Assembly (NCBI RefSeq): GCF_006345805.1
Contig: NC_043002.1
Span: 15,934,001-15,998,000 of the forward strand
Direction: 5' to 3'
Origin: Octopus sinensis
Lineage: Eukaryota
Length of the DNA: 64,000 bases
The position numbers and the translations under genes were made by a program. Under the pieces are notes generated by a model, which worked only from the letters and a program-made list of their open reading frames with translations, had not been told where the DNA came from and ran no database searches. Positions 51,614-64,000 of the stretch are shown in pieces (the stretch's first letter is position 1; every line of letters begins with the position of its first letter).

Positions 51614-51795
51614 CTAGCATCGTTTGACAACTGATGCTGGTATGTTTACGCCCTCCTAAATTAGCGTTCGGCAACGGAACCCGATAGAATAAGTACTAGT
51701 CTTACAAAGAGTAAGTCCTGGGGTCGATTTGCTGGACTAAAGGCTGTGCTCCAACATGGCCGCAGTCAAATGACTGAAACAATTAAAATGATAAA
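51363..51795 (+). mobile_element. SINE family A
   Basis: Full-length forward copy. Confidence 0.8.
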
Positions 51796-52307
51796 TGAAT
51801 ACGAGACATTTTGGCAGCCAATGAAAATTTTAAAAGAAAACATACAGATTTTTTCCAATGAAAATGTTTCTCAATGGATTATATTGCGACAATATTCATA
51901 AGATTTAGAAAAATAATATTCATATTACAATTAAACATATGGGAAATCTTATTTTAAAGGAAATTAATTTAATTTTGAAAGTTTTATATTGATTTCATTT
52001 TGTATTAACGCGTAGAAATTTGATGAAAGTCAAATTTTATTTATAATGTCTTCCTACATTTCTTGATATTACGCAAGATGGCAAATGTATACTTCCAAAT
52101 TTATCTCACTTATTACAGGTAGATCGCTAATTTTTTAAACATCATTCATTAATTAATGTAATCGATGATAACAAATCGATGAAAAAAAAAACGATTGATA
52201 ACTCAACTTCCTTCCCTGTCTCTCAATTTACATTTTTTCTCTCATTCAGGATCTTAACACTCTATAACATGTACTTTATATCCCATACTATCTGATATCA
52301 TATCAGA

Positions 52308-52348
<41 letters not shown>

Positions 52349-52494
52349 AATCTAGTAAAACTTTGCGCTCCAAGTTTTCTGCAAATATAAATTGTACCGC
52401 TCGAAAATTTGACCTCCTCTAAATATCTACATTCTTCGACTTTAATTAATTTGCTATCGTTTCTAAGTAAAATATATTTCATTACCATCACCAT

Positions 52495-52670
52495 TCTCCT
52501 CACCCTCATCATCATCATCATCATCATCAGTAGTAGTAGTAGCAGTAGTGGTAGTATTAGTAGCAGCAGCAGCAGCAACAGTGGCAGTGTTGGTGTTGGT
52601 GGTGGTGGTGGTGCTAGTCGTGGTAGTGGTGGTGATATAGAGTTAATTGCTGCTACTGCTGCTGCTGTAG
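52495..52670. repeat. Compound trinucleotide tract (CAT)n(AGT)n(AGC)n(GGT)n(GCT)n
   Basis: Directly visible. Confidence 0.9.
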
Positions 52671-53247
52671 TTGTGAAAAGGATTCTGTTTCATTGTTAGA
52701 ATGGGCGGAAGAAGAATTCCACATTGTGAAGCTTACAAAACAGATGGAATGTTCAAGAGAATTTCAAGGTCGGTCATGAAAACTATATTTCGTAAGAATG
52801 TCTCCATATACGATCATTGTCATGTTTCGAGTGATAGTCTTTTGTCAGTTTTGGGGGACAAATTTGGTGTTTTTTGTCTTCTTGTGCTCGGTTTGTTTCT
52901 GTAGCTTCATAAGCGTAGAAAATGTATTGAAATATACGTAACACTGATGCTTCTAAACCATTGTTGGAAATATATATTCCATGTACTGAAGATTTTATAT
53001 GCGTAATGATAACATAATAAAGATCCCGAAGGGGGCGAGTTGGCACAATCATTAACATACCTGAGCAAAATACTGAGCAGCACTGACTTTCTGACTTCAA
53101 ATTTCACCAAGCTCGACATTCCCATTCATTCTATCGAGTTCGATGAAATAACCTCCCTTTGAACCCTAGGCTCGATGTCATTTGAACAATTAGCTTCTTC
53201 CGATATTCCTCAACCTATGCCACACGTTGAAACCAATATATATTAAA

Positions 53248-53990
53248 ATAATAATGAAATTATTGTATACAGTGCTCAGGTGCACCACGACTTGTCAAAA
53301 GTGCATATAAAGCATATGCAGTAATGTACAAATGCCTGGGAAGTGAACAGTGTACGAGTCAGATAAATGCTTGCGTGTGTATGGAGGGAGGAAAATCATG
53401 TGTTGTACTGGCGAATCTCAGGAAGCATGGAAGTTTTGAAGGATGCAGTGCTCTGACAACTAACAACTGATGCCGGCAGTTTGTTCCATGCTTTAGCAAC
53501 TCTTAGCGTAAAAAAATGTTTGCGAAAGTCATGGGAGCTGTGCTTTTTTCTGACTTTGTAAACATTTTCACGGGTGTTAGACAGGTGGCGTTTGAAAAGG
53601 TGCTCAGAGTTATTGTTAGTAAGATGGTTAATAATTTTATGGGTTTCTGCCAAGTCAGCTGCCAGACGTTGGAGTTTCAAAGTATCCATGCCCAGGGAAG
53701 TAAAGTGTTCAGAATATGGTAAATGCCTGATGGAGGGTATTCTCTTGGTTGCACATCGCTTAACGGCTTCCAGACTATTAATATCCTGGGCAAGATAGGG
53801 GTTCCAGACCGGTGATGCAAATTCCAGGTGAGACCGCGCCATAGCTATATAAAGCTTCAGATAGATAGCCGGAGAGAGACTCACAAAGGAGTTGGTAAGT
53901 GATGCCAAGACACCCTCAGCTGTCTTGGCAATTTTAGCAATGTGTTTTGTCCAACGCAAATCGCTGTCGACAATAATGCCCAGGTCATCC
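53248..53990 (-). mobile_element. 5'-truncated CR1-clade LINE (RT C-terminus, 3' UTR and short ATT tail)
   Basis: ORF 53396-53959 with DLGIIVDSDLRW, RSHLEFASPVWNPY, FFTLRVAKAWNKLP, typical of CR1/L2 ORF2 C-termini. UTR ends in (ATT)-like repeats near 53250. Confidence 0.9.
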
Positions 53991-54538
53991 CCGTTTGCTA
54001 TAAAACGAATTGAAATGATGCTTCAGACCGACTCATATGCACATGCCATATTACAAACACTCGTTTTTCACTGAAGCTGTGAAAAATTCTTTGAACTAAT
54101 AGTTAGCTTGCATAGAGACTGCAGCCATATACACCATTGTCTAGTAATTGCGATATAAAAAGAAGTAATAAATAACTCAATCTATATAGTCGATAATATA
54201 AATATACATATAATTGTAAGAAAGACTTAGAAGTAAGAAAACTAAATGAAAAAATAGACTCGAATGTCTAAAAATATATGAAAGAAATATTGATGCGATT
54301 TAATTTCAAATTTGTTCAGCGAATAAAAACGAAAAAAATTGGCAAATATTACAACACGTAGCACAAAAAACTTTTTTCTATAACAAAAGCGTGAGAATAT
54401 GAAACGAAATAACTAAAAGTCGAAGAAAACCTGTAAAAAATTTGAAACGAATAAGACAACCGTTCTTAAATAAACAGCAAAAGAAAGAAGTTTTTGGCTA
54501 CACACATGAAAACATAGTTGCATATATATATATATGTA

Positions 54539-54600
<62 letters not shown>

Positions 54601-54645
54601 TATATATTATACATATATACATACATATATATATATATATATATC

Positions 54646-54683
<38 letters not shown>

Positions 54684-55792
54684 CACACACACACACACAC
54701 ATACACATGTATATATTCATATATACATACAAGCGGATATACATACAAGTAGATGAGACTGATATTTGTATAAATTGTGTAGGTTAAAAGAAAGAAACAC
54801 GCAGCACATACATACATGCATATACATTTTAGTATGTATAGGTGGCCCTTTGTATGATAATATATATATATATATTATATATATATAATATATATATTCA
54901 AATTTGTTTTCTCTTTTGAAAAAAAAATTGAAGTATCTGCAAAGTGCTTGGAATATATTTTTGTATCGTAACTTTATTCATTTATTTATTTTGCTGCAGA
55001 TACGAAAGAGAGAAACACACATTCAAATAACCACACACCCAATTACATCCAGTAATGTAAATCCATTTATTTCTGTATATACATATATACTTTCATACAT
55101 ACATACATATATACTTACATAAATTTCTCTATATGTATCACTATGTAAGACTGCATATATTGATATATTTATACACACACACAAGGGTACATACGCACAC
55201 GCGTATATATGTACATAAACTTTGGTAACTTTATATACCAGCCAGTATAGAGCGAAAGTATAACTAACTTAATTGCACACCTGTAATCAATCGGGAAAGA
55301 AGTTAAATGATGTTTCATATTTTGTGTAGTTAGGGCGGAGCATACAAATTTATTGATGGTAAGGACAGGTGAATGTGGAAAAGAAATGGTAGGATTGTCT
55401 GTAGAAGAGTATGTCCTGTGGATCCGAGGATATGGACACTCAAGCTTACGGTTTTTTGGACAGTCAGTCGCAGTTCTTTGCGCCTTTGTGCTATGAGGTT
55501 TTCGTCGATGGGAGGAGTGTGTGGTGCCAAGAATAATTATATATATAATAGATATATATAATATAATATATATATATATATATTATATATTATATATATA
55601 TATACATACATATACATACATGCAGACATACATACATACATAAATACATATATGAGCTAATCAACGGCAGCATTCGTCCTGTTTTCCCTGTACTCCCATG
55701 TTAGCTTGGCGTTAAATATTAATATCCAATACTGTTGCCGCAGTCTCCTTTAGAGAGGTTTGGAAATATGAATATATATATATATATATATA

Positions 55793-56125
55793 CACAATAA
55801 TATGTTACATTACTCGATAGTCAAGATAAAACTCTGAGTTTTAGATGCCGAAGTAGGAATCCATGACATCTCTTCGGTTATCTGGCTATTTGAAAACGCT
55901 ATCTGAGACTGATATTTGTATAAATTGTGTAGGTTAAAAGAAAGAAACACGTAGCACATACATACATCCATACATCCATATAGCGTTTTCAAATAGCCAG
56001 ATAACCGAAGAGATATCGTGGATCGCGTAATGTAACATATTATTGTATAAATACATTTCCTCTATTTACATAATATTGCGTTACCTTTCTTTCTTTTGTT
56101 ATCTTACCGTTTTACCAATATATAT
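55793..56125. repeat. Fold-back repeat family F, copy 1 (rearranged)
   Basis: Shares GATAA-AACT...CATCTCTTCGG-TTATC and the 3' extension ending CCGTTTTACCAATATATA with the copy at 57227-57425. Confidence 0.75.
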
Positions 56126-56410
56126 ATATATTATATACATACATACATACATACATACATACATACATACTTACATGTATATTCGCCATGATTGACCGCT
56201 AGCCACTAAACCGATTTTTACTTTCTATCTCTGTTCATTTCTGTGTTCCTTTCTGTTGAAGAGACGTAAACGACATTCTCATTTCCTGAGCGTTAGACTA
56301 AAACATCTGTTTGTTGTTCACACACCCGTCTTCGTCTTTTGTTCTGTCTGTTTTATTGTAACTTTCAACTACAATTACATACATGCACACACAACAACAC
56401 ACACACACAC

Positions 56411-56443
<33 letters not shown>

Positions 56444-56486
56444 CACACACACACACACGCACACACACACACGCACACACACACAC

Positions 56487-56523
<37 letters not shown>

Positions 56524-57182
56524 TTGCATGTTTTTAATACATTTATACATATGTATATAAGTATGTATATATTATGTATATATGTATTTGTGAATATGCA
56601 ATTGCATTCTATAACATTCGGCAAACATATTAGTGTACATATTAGTATATATAGGAGGGCAAGCTGAAATGTTTATGGCTTTGGTTGACTGAAAATATAG
56701 GAGGCATAGTTAAGTATGATTTTAGTCAACATACCCTCATCTCACATTTATCACATTGGTCTTTCACTTTTTTCTAAGGCCTGTTATATAACTCGGATCT
56801 TTGGGCCGAAGCCAGACTTTTGGTGACAGCTTTAAAACCAAGAACTTGTCAGTATTCCCTCGTATGTATACCCAAATGTGTATGCATATGTATACATAAA
56901 TTCACACACGCACACGCACACACACGCGCACGCACACGCACGCACATATATGAAAATAAATTTGTAGTTCTGTTAAACCGAAAATTATTACTCTTTTAAC
57001 TTTTATCAACTTTTTTATTGGTATATGTATATATATATTGTATACTATTTGGTTTTACTATTTCATGCACGGTTGATTTTAATTGATATATATATTCGAT
57101 TTATGATAATATAGGAATGCTATGAAGTTATTTTGTCCAATTAGCACGTTTATTCATTATACTTTACAATTTACACACACAC

Positions 57183-57226
<44 letters not shown>

Positions 57227-57230
<4 letters not shown>

Positions 57231-57418
57231 GTAAAATAATATGCGACAATTATTCAGTAGCCAAGATAAAACTTTCGGAAGTCGAGGTGGAAATCCACGC
57301 CACCATCTCTTCGGTTATCTTGGCTGCTGAATAATTGTAACATATTATTTTACAGATAAATTCCACTCTTTACATAATATTGAGGTATCTTTCTTCTTTT
57401 GTTATCGTACCGTTTTTA

Positions 57419-57425
<7 letters not shown>
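57227..57425. repeat. Fold-back repeat family F, copy 2
   Basis: 43-bp inverted arms 57227-57269 and 57315-57357, 45-nt loop, ~65-bp extension, (TA)n on both sides. Confidence 0.8.
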
Positions 57426-57472
<47 letters not shown>

Positions 57473-58259
57473 GTGAAATAGAAAGATGAATAATCTTGTA
57501 GTAGATTAATCGACAGTTTAACCGATACCTTAGTAGCAAAAATCACAGCAGTAAACAGCACGGTTGGAGGTACAACCATCTGGCGTTGCAACCGTGCGTT
57601 GGTGCGGATAATTGAAATTAAACATTATTGGTGAATTGAAGAAATGGAGCTGAACGCAGATTGAACATAACAATCGTTTTATTTCATTCTACACGTGTTT
57701 CGAAAGGCACAAATTACCAAAATCCGATTGAATAATGGGACCATATTGTGTCTTTCTCTTCAGGAAGAAAAAAGGAAATCCGTTGGAAAAACAAAAACAG
57801 AACAGAGAGTTCAAAGGAAGTCTGCTGATGATTTTGCAACCGGCGACAATGCTACTTCTAAGTACTTCTAGTTCTAAGTACTGTTCTAAGTATTGTCGAG
57901 TATAAAACAGTTGCATAAAGAGCCTGAAACCGGGAGTGGTCTGCTGGTCCCATCAGCAGAAGAGTGTAGGGATTCGCTCTCCTGCTCGCAATTTATCGGA
58001 TGCCACTCTGCTTCGTTAACCAGCTAGAGGAGATGTCCTCTCGGCGTTAAATAATCGCAGCGGATTCCGTTGGAACAGACAGCCATGTTGAAGTGCCTAC
58101 AAATAGTAGTTTTACTTGATAGTACAACAGTTGCGTTGAACTCTTTTAGAGAAATTTTAGATCTAACATTTTTGTTTGTTCCAAAGACAAAATAAGATTT
58201 ATTTCATTCTTATTTTGTTTTATTCATTATTTAGATTTACTTTTCTATAGTATAACTCG

Positions 58260-58491
58260 TTACTCTCTCTTACTCTTTTACTTGTTTCAGTCATTTCACT
58301 GCGGCCATGTGGGAGCACCGCCTTTAGTCGAGCAAATCGACCCCAGGACTTATTCTTTGTAAGCCTACAACATATTCTATCGGTCTCTTTTGCCGAACCG
58401 TTACGATACGGGGACGTAAACACACCAGTATCGGTTGTCAAGCGATGTTGGGGATAAACACAGACGCACAAACATACACACACACAACACG

Positions 58492-58531
<40 letters not shown>

Positions 58532-58538
58532 ACAGACA

Positions 58539-58590
<52 letters not shown>

Positions 58591-58762
58591 CATTATAACG
58601 ACGGGCTTCCTTCAGTTTCCGTCTACCAAATCCACTCACAAGGATTTGGTCAGCCCGAGGCTATTGTAGAAGACACTTGCCCAAGGTGCGACGCAGTGGG
58701 ACTGAACGCGGAACCATGTGGTTGATAAGCAAGCTACTTACCACACAGTCACTCCTACGCCA
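58260..58762 (-). mobile_element. SINE family A
   Basis: Full-length reverse copy. Confidence 0.85.
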
Positions 58763-59117
58763 ATTATTCATTATTATTTTTTTAATCATTATTATTATTG
58801 TTTTTGTTGTTGTTGTTATTATTGAATTAAAAATAAATGTAAATTTAATGCATGTGTGCACACACAAATATATACACACATAATAAACATGATTATACAT
58901 TCTGTGTATTCAAGCGGATCACAATATAATCATTGTATTTCCCTTTTGAGCATCGTTATGATTTTCGATGCAAGGTAATTTAGAATGCAAGATTATATAT
59001 TTACATATGTATTGTAGATTAATGTTTGTTGTTAAATGGAAAATATCGTAGGAGAATATGTTCAATAATTAATAAAGTTGTATCTTATTAAATATCTCCG
59101 TTTTCAAACTTAATAAC

Positions 59118-59214
<97 letters not shown>

Positions 59215-59404
59215 ATGTGTGTGTAAGTGTGTCTGTGTGTATAGGCGTCCTATTTTTTGTAAACTCAATGGACAAAAGCATTCCTGTAATACATCCTGTG
59301 GTCCATACCTCAGTACGGCTGTTAATATCAAGTAACTGAATACTGTGAACGGATTTTAACAACATACTATGAGGTGTATACACGAATATAGAATTATTAC
59401 GTTG

Positions 59405-59484
<80 letters not shown>

Positions 59485-60446
59485 CAAAATCCATTCACTT
59501 TGTGCTTAGGGTTGTTCAGCTCTGTTTTTTTAAATTATCTTATTTCTTAATTTAGTCATTAGTTTCATATAACGTGGTACCTGGATGGAGTATCCAGTTA
59601 ACAATGCCTTAAGCCGGTGTTTCGTTCACTATTCTTAGTAGCAGAACCTCTACACATTTTGTGCAAACCCTTGAAAGTATTCGTATATGTCGAAATTAGA
59701 TTGCAGTAATATGATATTCCTATGTATGTGTATAAACGGTGCGTTGATTTATCATTGAGTTGGCAACGGAAAGGAATTTTCTTGAGACTTTGAGTAGAAA
59801 ACGTAATTATTTCTTTATCGTTAACAACAATATGAAATGTCGCTACTGCGAACAACAGAACAGTTATTCATACAACAATGATAAACATGGAGACGAGTGT
59901 TTGTGCCTCTCAGCATTATAGAATTCTACAGAAATGATCTTGTTGATCCAAGCTGCTACCTGATTCTGCAGTACACCACCGCCGCCCTCTTCTGAAACGT
60001 TGAGTGTCTTAACACTAATACACTGTCTATCTCGGTGGACCTTTGACTCTGCTTCTTTGCAGACTAGTTGCTAAAAAACACAAAATGCCTAACTGATTTC
60101 CTTGTCACAAAAAAGCGCCAAAACATGAAGTTTTGTTCCACTGCATATTCCACTCTGTAGAGATTTGATGATGCAAGCAACATTTGGGCGACATTAAACT
60201 ATTTATCCTTAGATTCTAACCAAAAAATCAGACAAGCCGTTTAGCTTCAGAAAACAATTCGCTGTTCATCAATTCGTCATCTATAAAAAAAGTAACCATT
60301 GAATTATTATTATTTTAATCGCCTACTTTCATGACTAAAATGTGTAGAATGAATGCACCAACGTTAATATTATTTGTTGAAACCGTCGGCTATTATAAAT
60401 AATTATTTTATGGTATTCTTACGCCCCTGGTCATCATCAGTAACAG

Positions 60447-60449
60447 CAC

Positions 60450-60527
<78 letters not shown>

Positions 60528-60539
60528 TATCATTATCAT

Positions 60540-60574
<35 letters not shown>

Positions 60575-60606
60575 TCATAATTATTATCCTCCTCCTCCTC
60601 ATCATC

Positions 60607-60638
<32 letters not shown>

Positions 60639-60641
60639 CAA

Positions 60642-60698
<57 letters not shown>

Positions 60699-60730
60699 TA
60701 TTATTATTATTATTATTATTATCATTAGCA
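60447..60730. repeat. Compound trinucleotide tract (ATT)n(AGT)n(ATA)n(ATT)n
   Basis: Directly visible; abuts the 3' end of the Dong-like element. Confidence 0.95.
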
Positions 60731-61900
60731 TCTTCTTTCAATTCTTTCAAATCCGCTTCTTGCCGAGTGTCTTCCTGACACCTAGAGGAGAGAAACGTAG
60801 TGTATTCAATGGTAGGCCATTAGAATAAACACGCCAGATTGTTCATTTACAGAGTCATGAGATGGTAAAAGGGGAAGAAAGAGAGAAAATGGAAAAAGTT
60901 GAAAAAAAGTAAACAAAAAAAAGGGGGAAAGGAAAGAAAATTCACAGCCACAATGCTCTTCTTGATACGTGTAACGTACCATGAAGACAATCTTTTGAAA
61001 ATCCTGCATTGATGGTAAGCCAAGGATCTTTCTTAAATAATTTTCACTTAATCTTTTGATAATTCCAAGTGCTCCTACACTCACAGGACACAAGGTATGC
61101 TCATGTCAATCAATAAAGTGACTTTATTGTTTTGGTCTTTCACAATATCTGGTTTATTTGTTTCGATGTTGCGGTCTGTACATACTGGGAAATCCTAAAG
61201 AATAGTTACATTTTGTCTTTCGGTTACAGCCTCATGCAGCAGGTACTATAATCCACTCTTTCTATCGGATCGTTGTAGAGTCAGCACTTTGAGTCTACAC
61301 CATTTTGCATCACATTGGATTGATAGTTCCGAGTCAATAAGCTCTGATCTTGGGCAGCCAACATAAAGCCGTCAGTGTCTGCCTTTAGCCCTGAGCTCCG
61401 TAGCCACTGATGGGTGTACTTCTGGTCTACACCAGTTTGTTTGCTACGGGCCACATATTACCATGTAGAGGTTTTGTTCCTACCTATCAGCCAATTGTTC
61501 AAACGCATTTTTCTTTGCTATTGACTTAAACTTCTTTGAACATACACCTCCCTCATGCTGCACTTCCATCATACTGTTCAACCTGGGTAATTTACATAAA
61601 CTCACTTGAAAATTATTTGCTCTGCTTCATAACAGAAGGAAGCTTCTTATGTCTTTCATGGTATTCAAAGACCTTAAGCATCCAGTCGTTGGATGTTTCA
61701 AGATATTTTGACTGTCCAATTGTGATAGATTTGTAGATTTGAAATTGTATCAAGCCCCGACCTCCTTGAGCTCTGGAAAGTTAAAGACGACCAGCGTCTC
61801 CCTTATTGCAAGTCAGTACCTTACGGGTTTTCCTGTTAATCTTCCTTATTTCGATCATATTCCAGTTCAAAACATTGAAACTGTAAATAACAATCGGAAC
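60730..61900 (-). mobile_element. Degenerate R4/Dong-type non-LTR retrotransposon (post-RT region, zinc knuckle remnant, restriction-like endonuclease)
   Basis: Remnants INRKTRKVLT, GGRGLIQ, HQWLRSSGLKADTDGFMLAAQDQSL, DFPVCTDRNIETNKPDIV and PVSVGALGIIK. Bounded on both sides by TAA/CAA-type trinucleotide tracts. Confidence 0.8.
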
Positions 61901-61962
61901 AGCTAAATAACGTATAATTAATTATTATTACTATTGCTGTTGTTGTTGTTGTTGATATTATT

Positions 61963-61998
<36 letters not shown>

Positions 61999-63551
61999 GT
62001 TGTTGTTGTTATTATTATTGTCGTTGTTGTTGTTGTTGTTATTATTTGCATTGATATGTTCTTTATTTAAATTCAGCTGTGATAAATTACCATTTCTTTC
62101 TTTTCTTTCTTCTTTTGTTTTTTTTTGTGTTTGATTGTTTCTTTCTTTTGTTTCTTGCTTTCTTTCGGAGTCGATAAAATCATTATCTATCGGGCTCTGT
62201 AATTGACTTAACTTCCATTTTTAAAAAATCCTGGCCTTGCACCAACATTTTAAAATAGCATTATCTGTTCTCTTAAAACTTGTCAAATTATGCTGCGTAC
62301 AGGAATATTTTGCGAAAGTATTAAGACGACTTATGAGCTCCATACAAATGTTAACTACTTTTCAGAACAACATTTTCCCCATAACTCTCTCAGGCCCTTT
62401 AATGATAAGGCGTTTCCAGTCTTCGTATTTATTCTCTGTTAAATAATCATGAAATGTCTTTTCATATTAGCAACGAACGTATTTTATGCAAGGACGACAA
62501 AGTATGTTTTATGCAAGGACAGGCTTCGATAAATTACATTAATTGTATGCTTTTTTATTCAAATAATTGGTGTACATATATAGATATAAATGTTCAGGGA
62601 AATATGTAATATGGTAACTTATATATATATTCATGTTGCTATTCACTCTTTCTTATACAACTTACAAAATTGTGTGTACAACTAATGCGGATTTAATGAC
62701 CAAACGCACTGAAAAGCGAACGTATTTCCACTAAATTTAAGCAGAATTTAAATCAGAAAATTAACGGGTGTTTTATAATAAAGTTTATTTATTTATGTGC
62801 CCTTTTGAAGCATAGCCAGGCTCATGGCCCTGGTTTCCCGGTTTCTATAGCGTATGTGTCTCCCTCAGCTGGACGGGACGCCAGTCCATCGCAGCGTTAC
62901 TCAAGAAACAAGAAGAATCTACGGTTTAGAGCGGCAGAAGAGAATAATGGGGATCAAGAGAAAGGAATGGTGATATAGCTATATTCATCTTTATGCTTAT
63001 CACATTCAAGAGACCCAATGCAGCAAGTAGTCTACATCCCATAACAATTAAAGCCATTGGGAATTGACAGTTCAGTGCTTGTTGTTGGTGATAAACAAAT
63101 TAATGCCAGATACTCTTCCCGACCTCTATTTTACTGTGACCATAAAATCAGCCATATCAACATAAATTAATATGTCTCAGAAAATGCTAGCAAGATAATG
63201 ATATACCGAGACGAGATGATGACTAGAAAGAGGAAGGGTAGGAGTGACTTAACACATAAAGATTATCAAATAAAGGGGTCATAAACTTGAAAACAAAGGC
63301 GGTCACAATGAGATGTAAGTGTACGAAATAAAAATACGGGAAGCAAAATGTGTATCCTCACTTAGCATCCAAAAAGTAAGTCCTTTTCTAAATTTAAATT
63401 ATTTAATATATAGATTTCGCTACGTTTGGACGCACATTTTTTCCTGTATTTTTTCCTACACGTATTTATATACAGTGAAAGATGCGTGGCTTTGGAGAGT
63501 TTTAACGTTCCTTTCTAGCAAACAGGTACATATTGTACCCTGATTTTAAAT

Positions 63552-63940
63552 ATATTTCATTTCATTTTTCATTTCATCTAGTTTCAGCTCACGAGCCGTG
63601 GCTATGCTGGGGCACCGCCATTCGGTGTTGCTACATGCTTTTACTTCACGAATGCTTTTTAGCAATTGACATTTGGTGTATGAGAGAGTTTGATGCGGCT
63701 GCCCTCATCTGCACCTCCTGCCGTGAAGTTGGTTCATCTGGGACACCTGACAGGAAGAGGTCCGGCTTTATTTTGAAGACATCTGCATCCACCCCATGCA
63801 GGTTTCTCAGGTCCTTCGGGAGGATATTGAAGAGCTGTGGACCTCGGAAGCCCAGGCTATCGCAGTATCTTGTCCTACATCTTGATGGCAAATCTGGAGT
63901 CCTTGGCACTATATTTTGTCTATTTGGTTATGTTTGCTTA
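63552..63940 (-). mobile_element. 3' end of a second CR1/L2-type LINE with hairpin and (ATGAAA)n-like tail
   Basis: SLGFRGPQLFNILPKDLRNL..VDADVFK...DLFLSGVPDEP* ending at 63646, then a 3' UTR ending GGCGGTGCCCCAGCATAGCCACGGCTCGTGAGCTGAAACTAG and tandem ATGAAA-like units. Confidence 0.8.
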
Positions 63941-64000
63941 TCACTTATTCTTTTGTAAAAATGGTGACCTATTTGAATTATTTATGCATGCGTGTATATA

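Noticed and set aside
52303-52699. ORFs with poly-I/S/G/L/M runs (also 40766-41086, 60374-60731, 61836-62134, 31494-31682)
   Set aside because: Compound trinucleotide repeats with no splice context or domain.
55330-55530. Minus-strand frame PPIDENLIAQRRKELRLTVQK followed by GTAAGC
   Set aside because: No acceptor or ATG upstream before the (TA)n tract; family not recognised.

Overview
Eukaryotic, very AT-rich, microsatellite-dense genomic DNA. From my recollection of the SINE families (inference, not a database hit) it is most likely a coleoid cephalopod such as Octopus. I can support one host gene: a histidine acid phosphatase of the PXYLP1/ACPL2 (2-phosphoxylose phosphatase) type on the + strand, with coding exons 16301-16582 and 22597-23834; its first, signal-anchor exon was not located. 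The rest is a mobile-element landscape: at least 10 copies of a tRNA-derived SINE with an internal microsatellite, several other SINE families, four IS630-Tc1-mariner relic types (two copies of one Tc1 family, a D34D mariner, a maT-like relic, a rosa/DUF4817-like relic), two CR1/L2-type LINE 3' ends, two R4/Dong-type LINE relics next to TAA repeats, a non-autonomous Helitron, a Ty3/Gypsy-type solo LTR and a 5S rRNA pseudogene. The most notable unexplained structure is a set of (TA)n-flanked fold-back elements with the layout inverted arm, forward arm, unique 3' extension. This is the layout of Penelope-like element pseudo-LTR insertions, and several of them carry hammerhead ribozyme cores. One has an intact minimal type I hammerhead on both strands (10002-10044 and 10075-10117). 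In another, a solo LTR has integrated exactly into the palindromic stem III loop of the hammerhead. Most ORFs in the supplied track are microsatellite translation artefacts. No CRISPR array or prokaryotic system is present.
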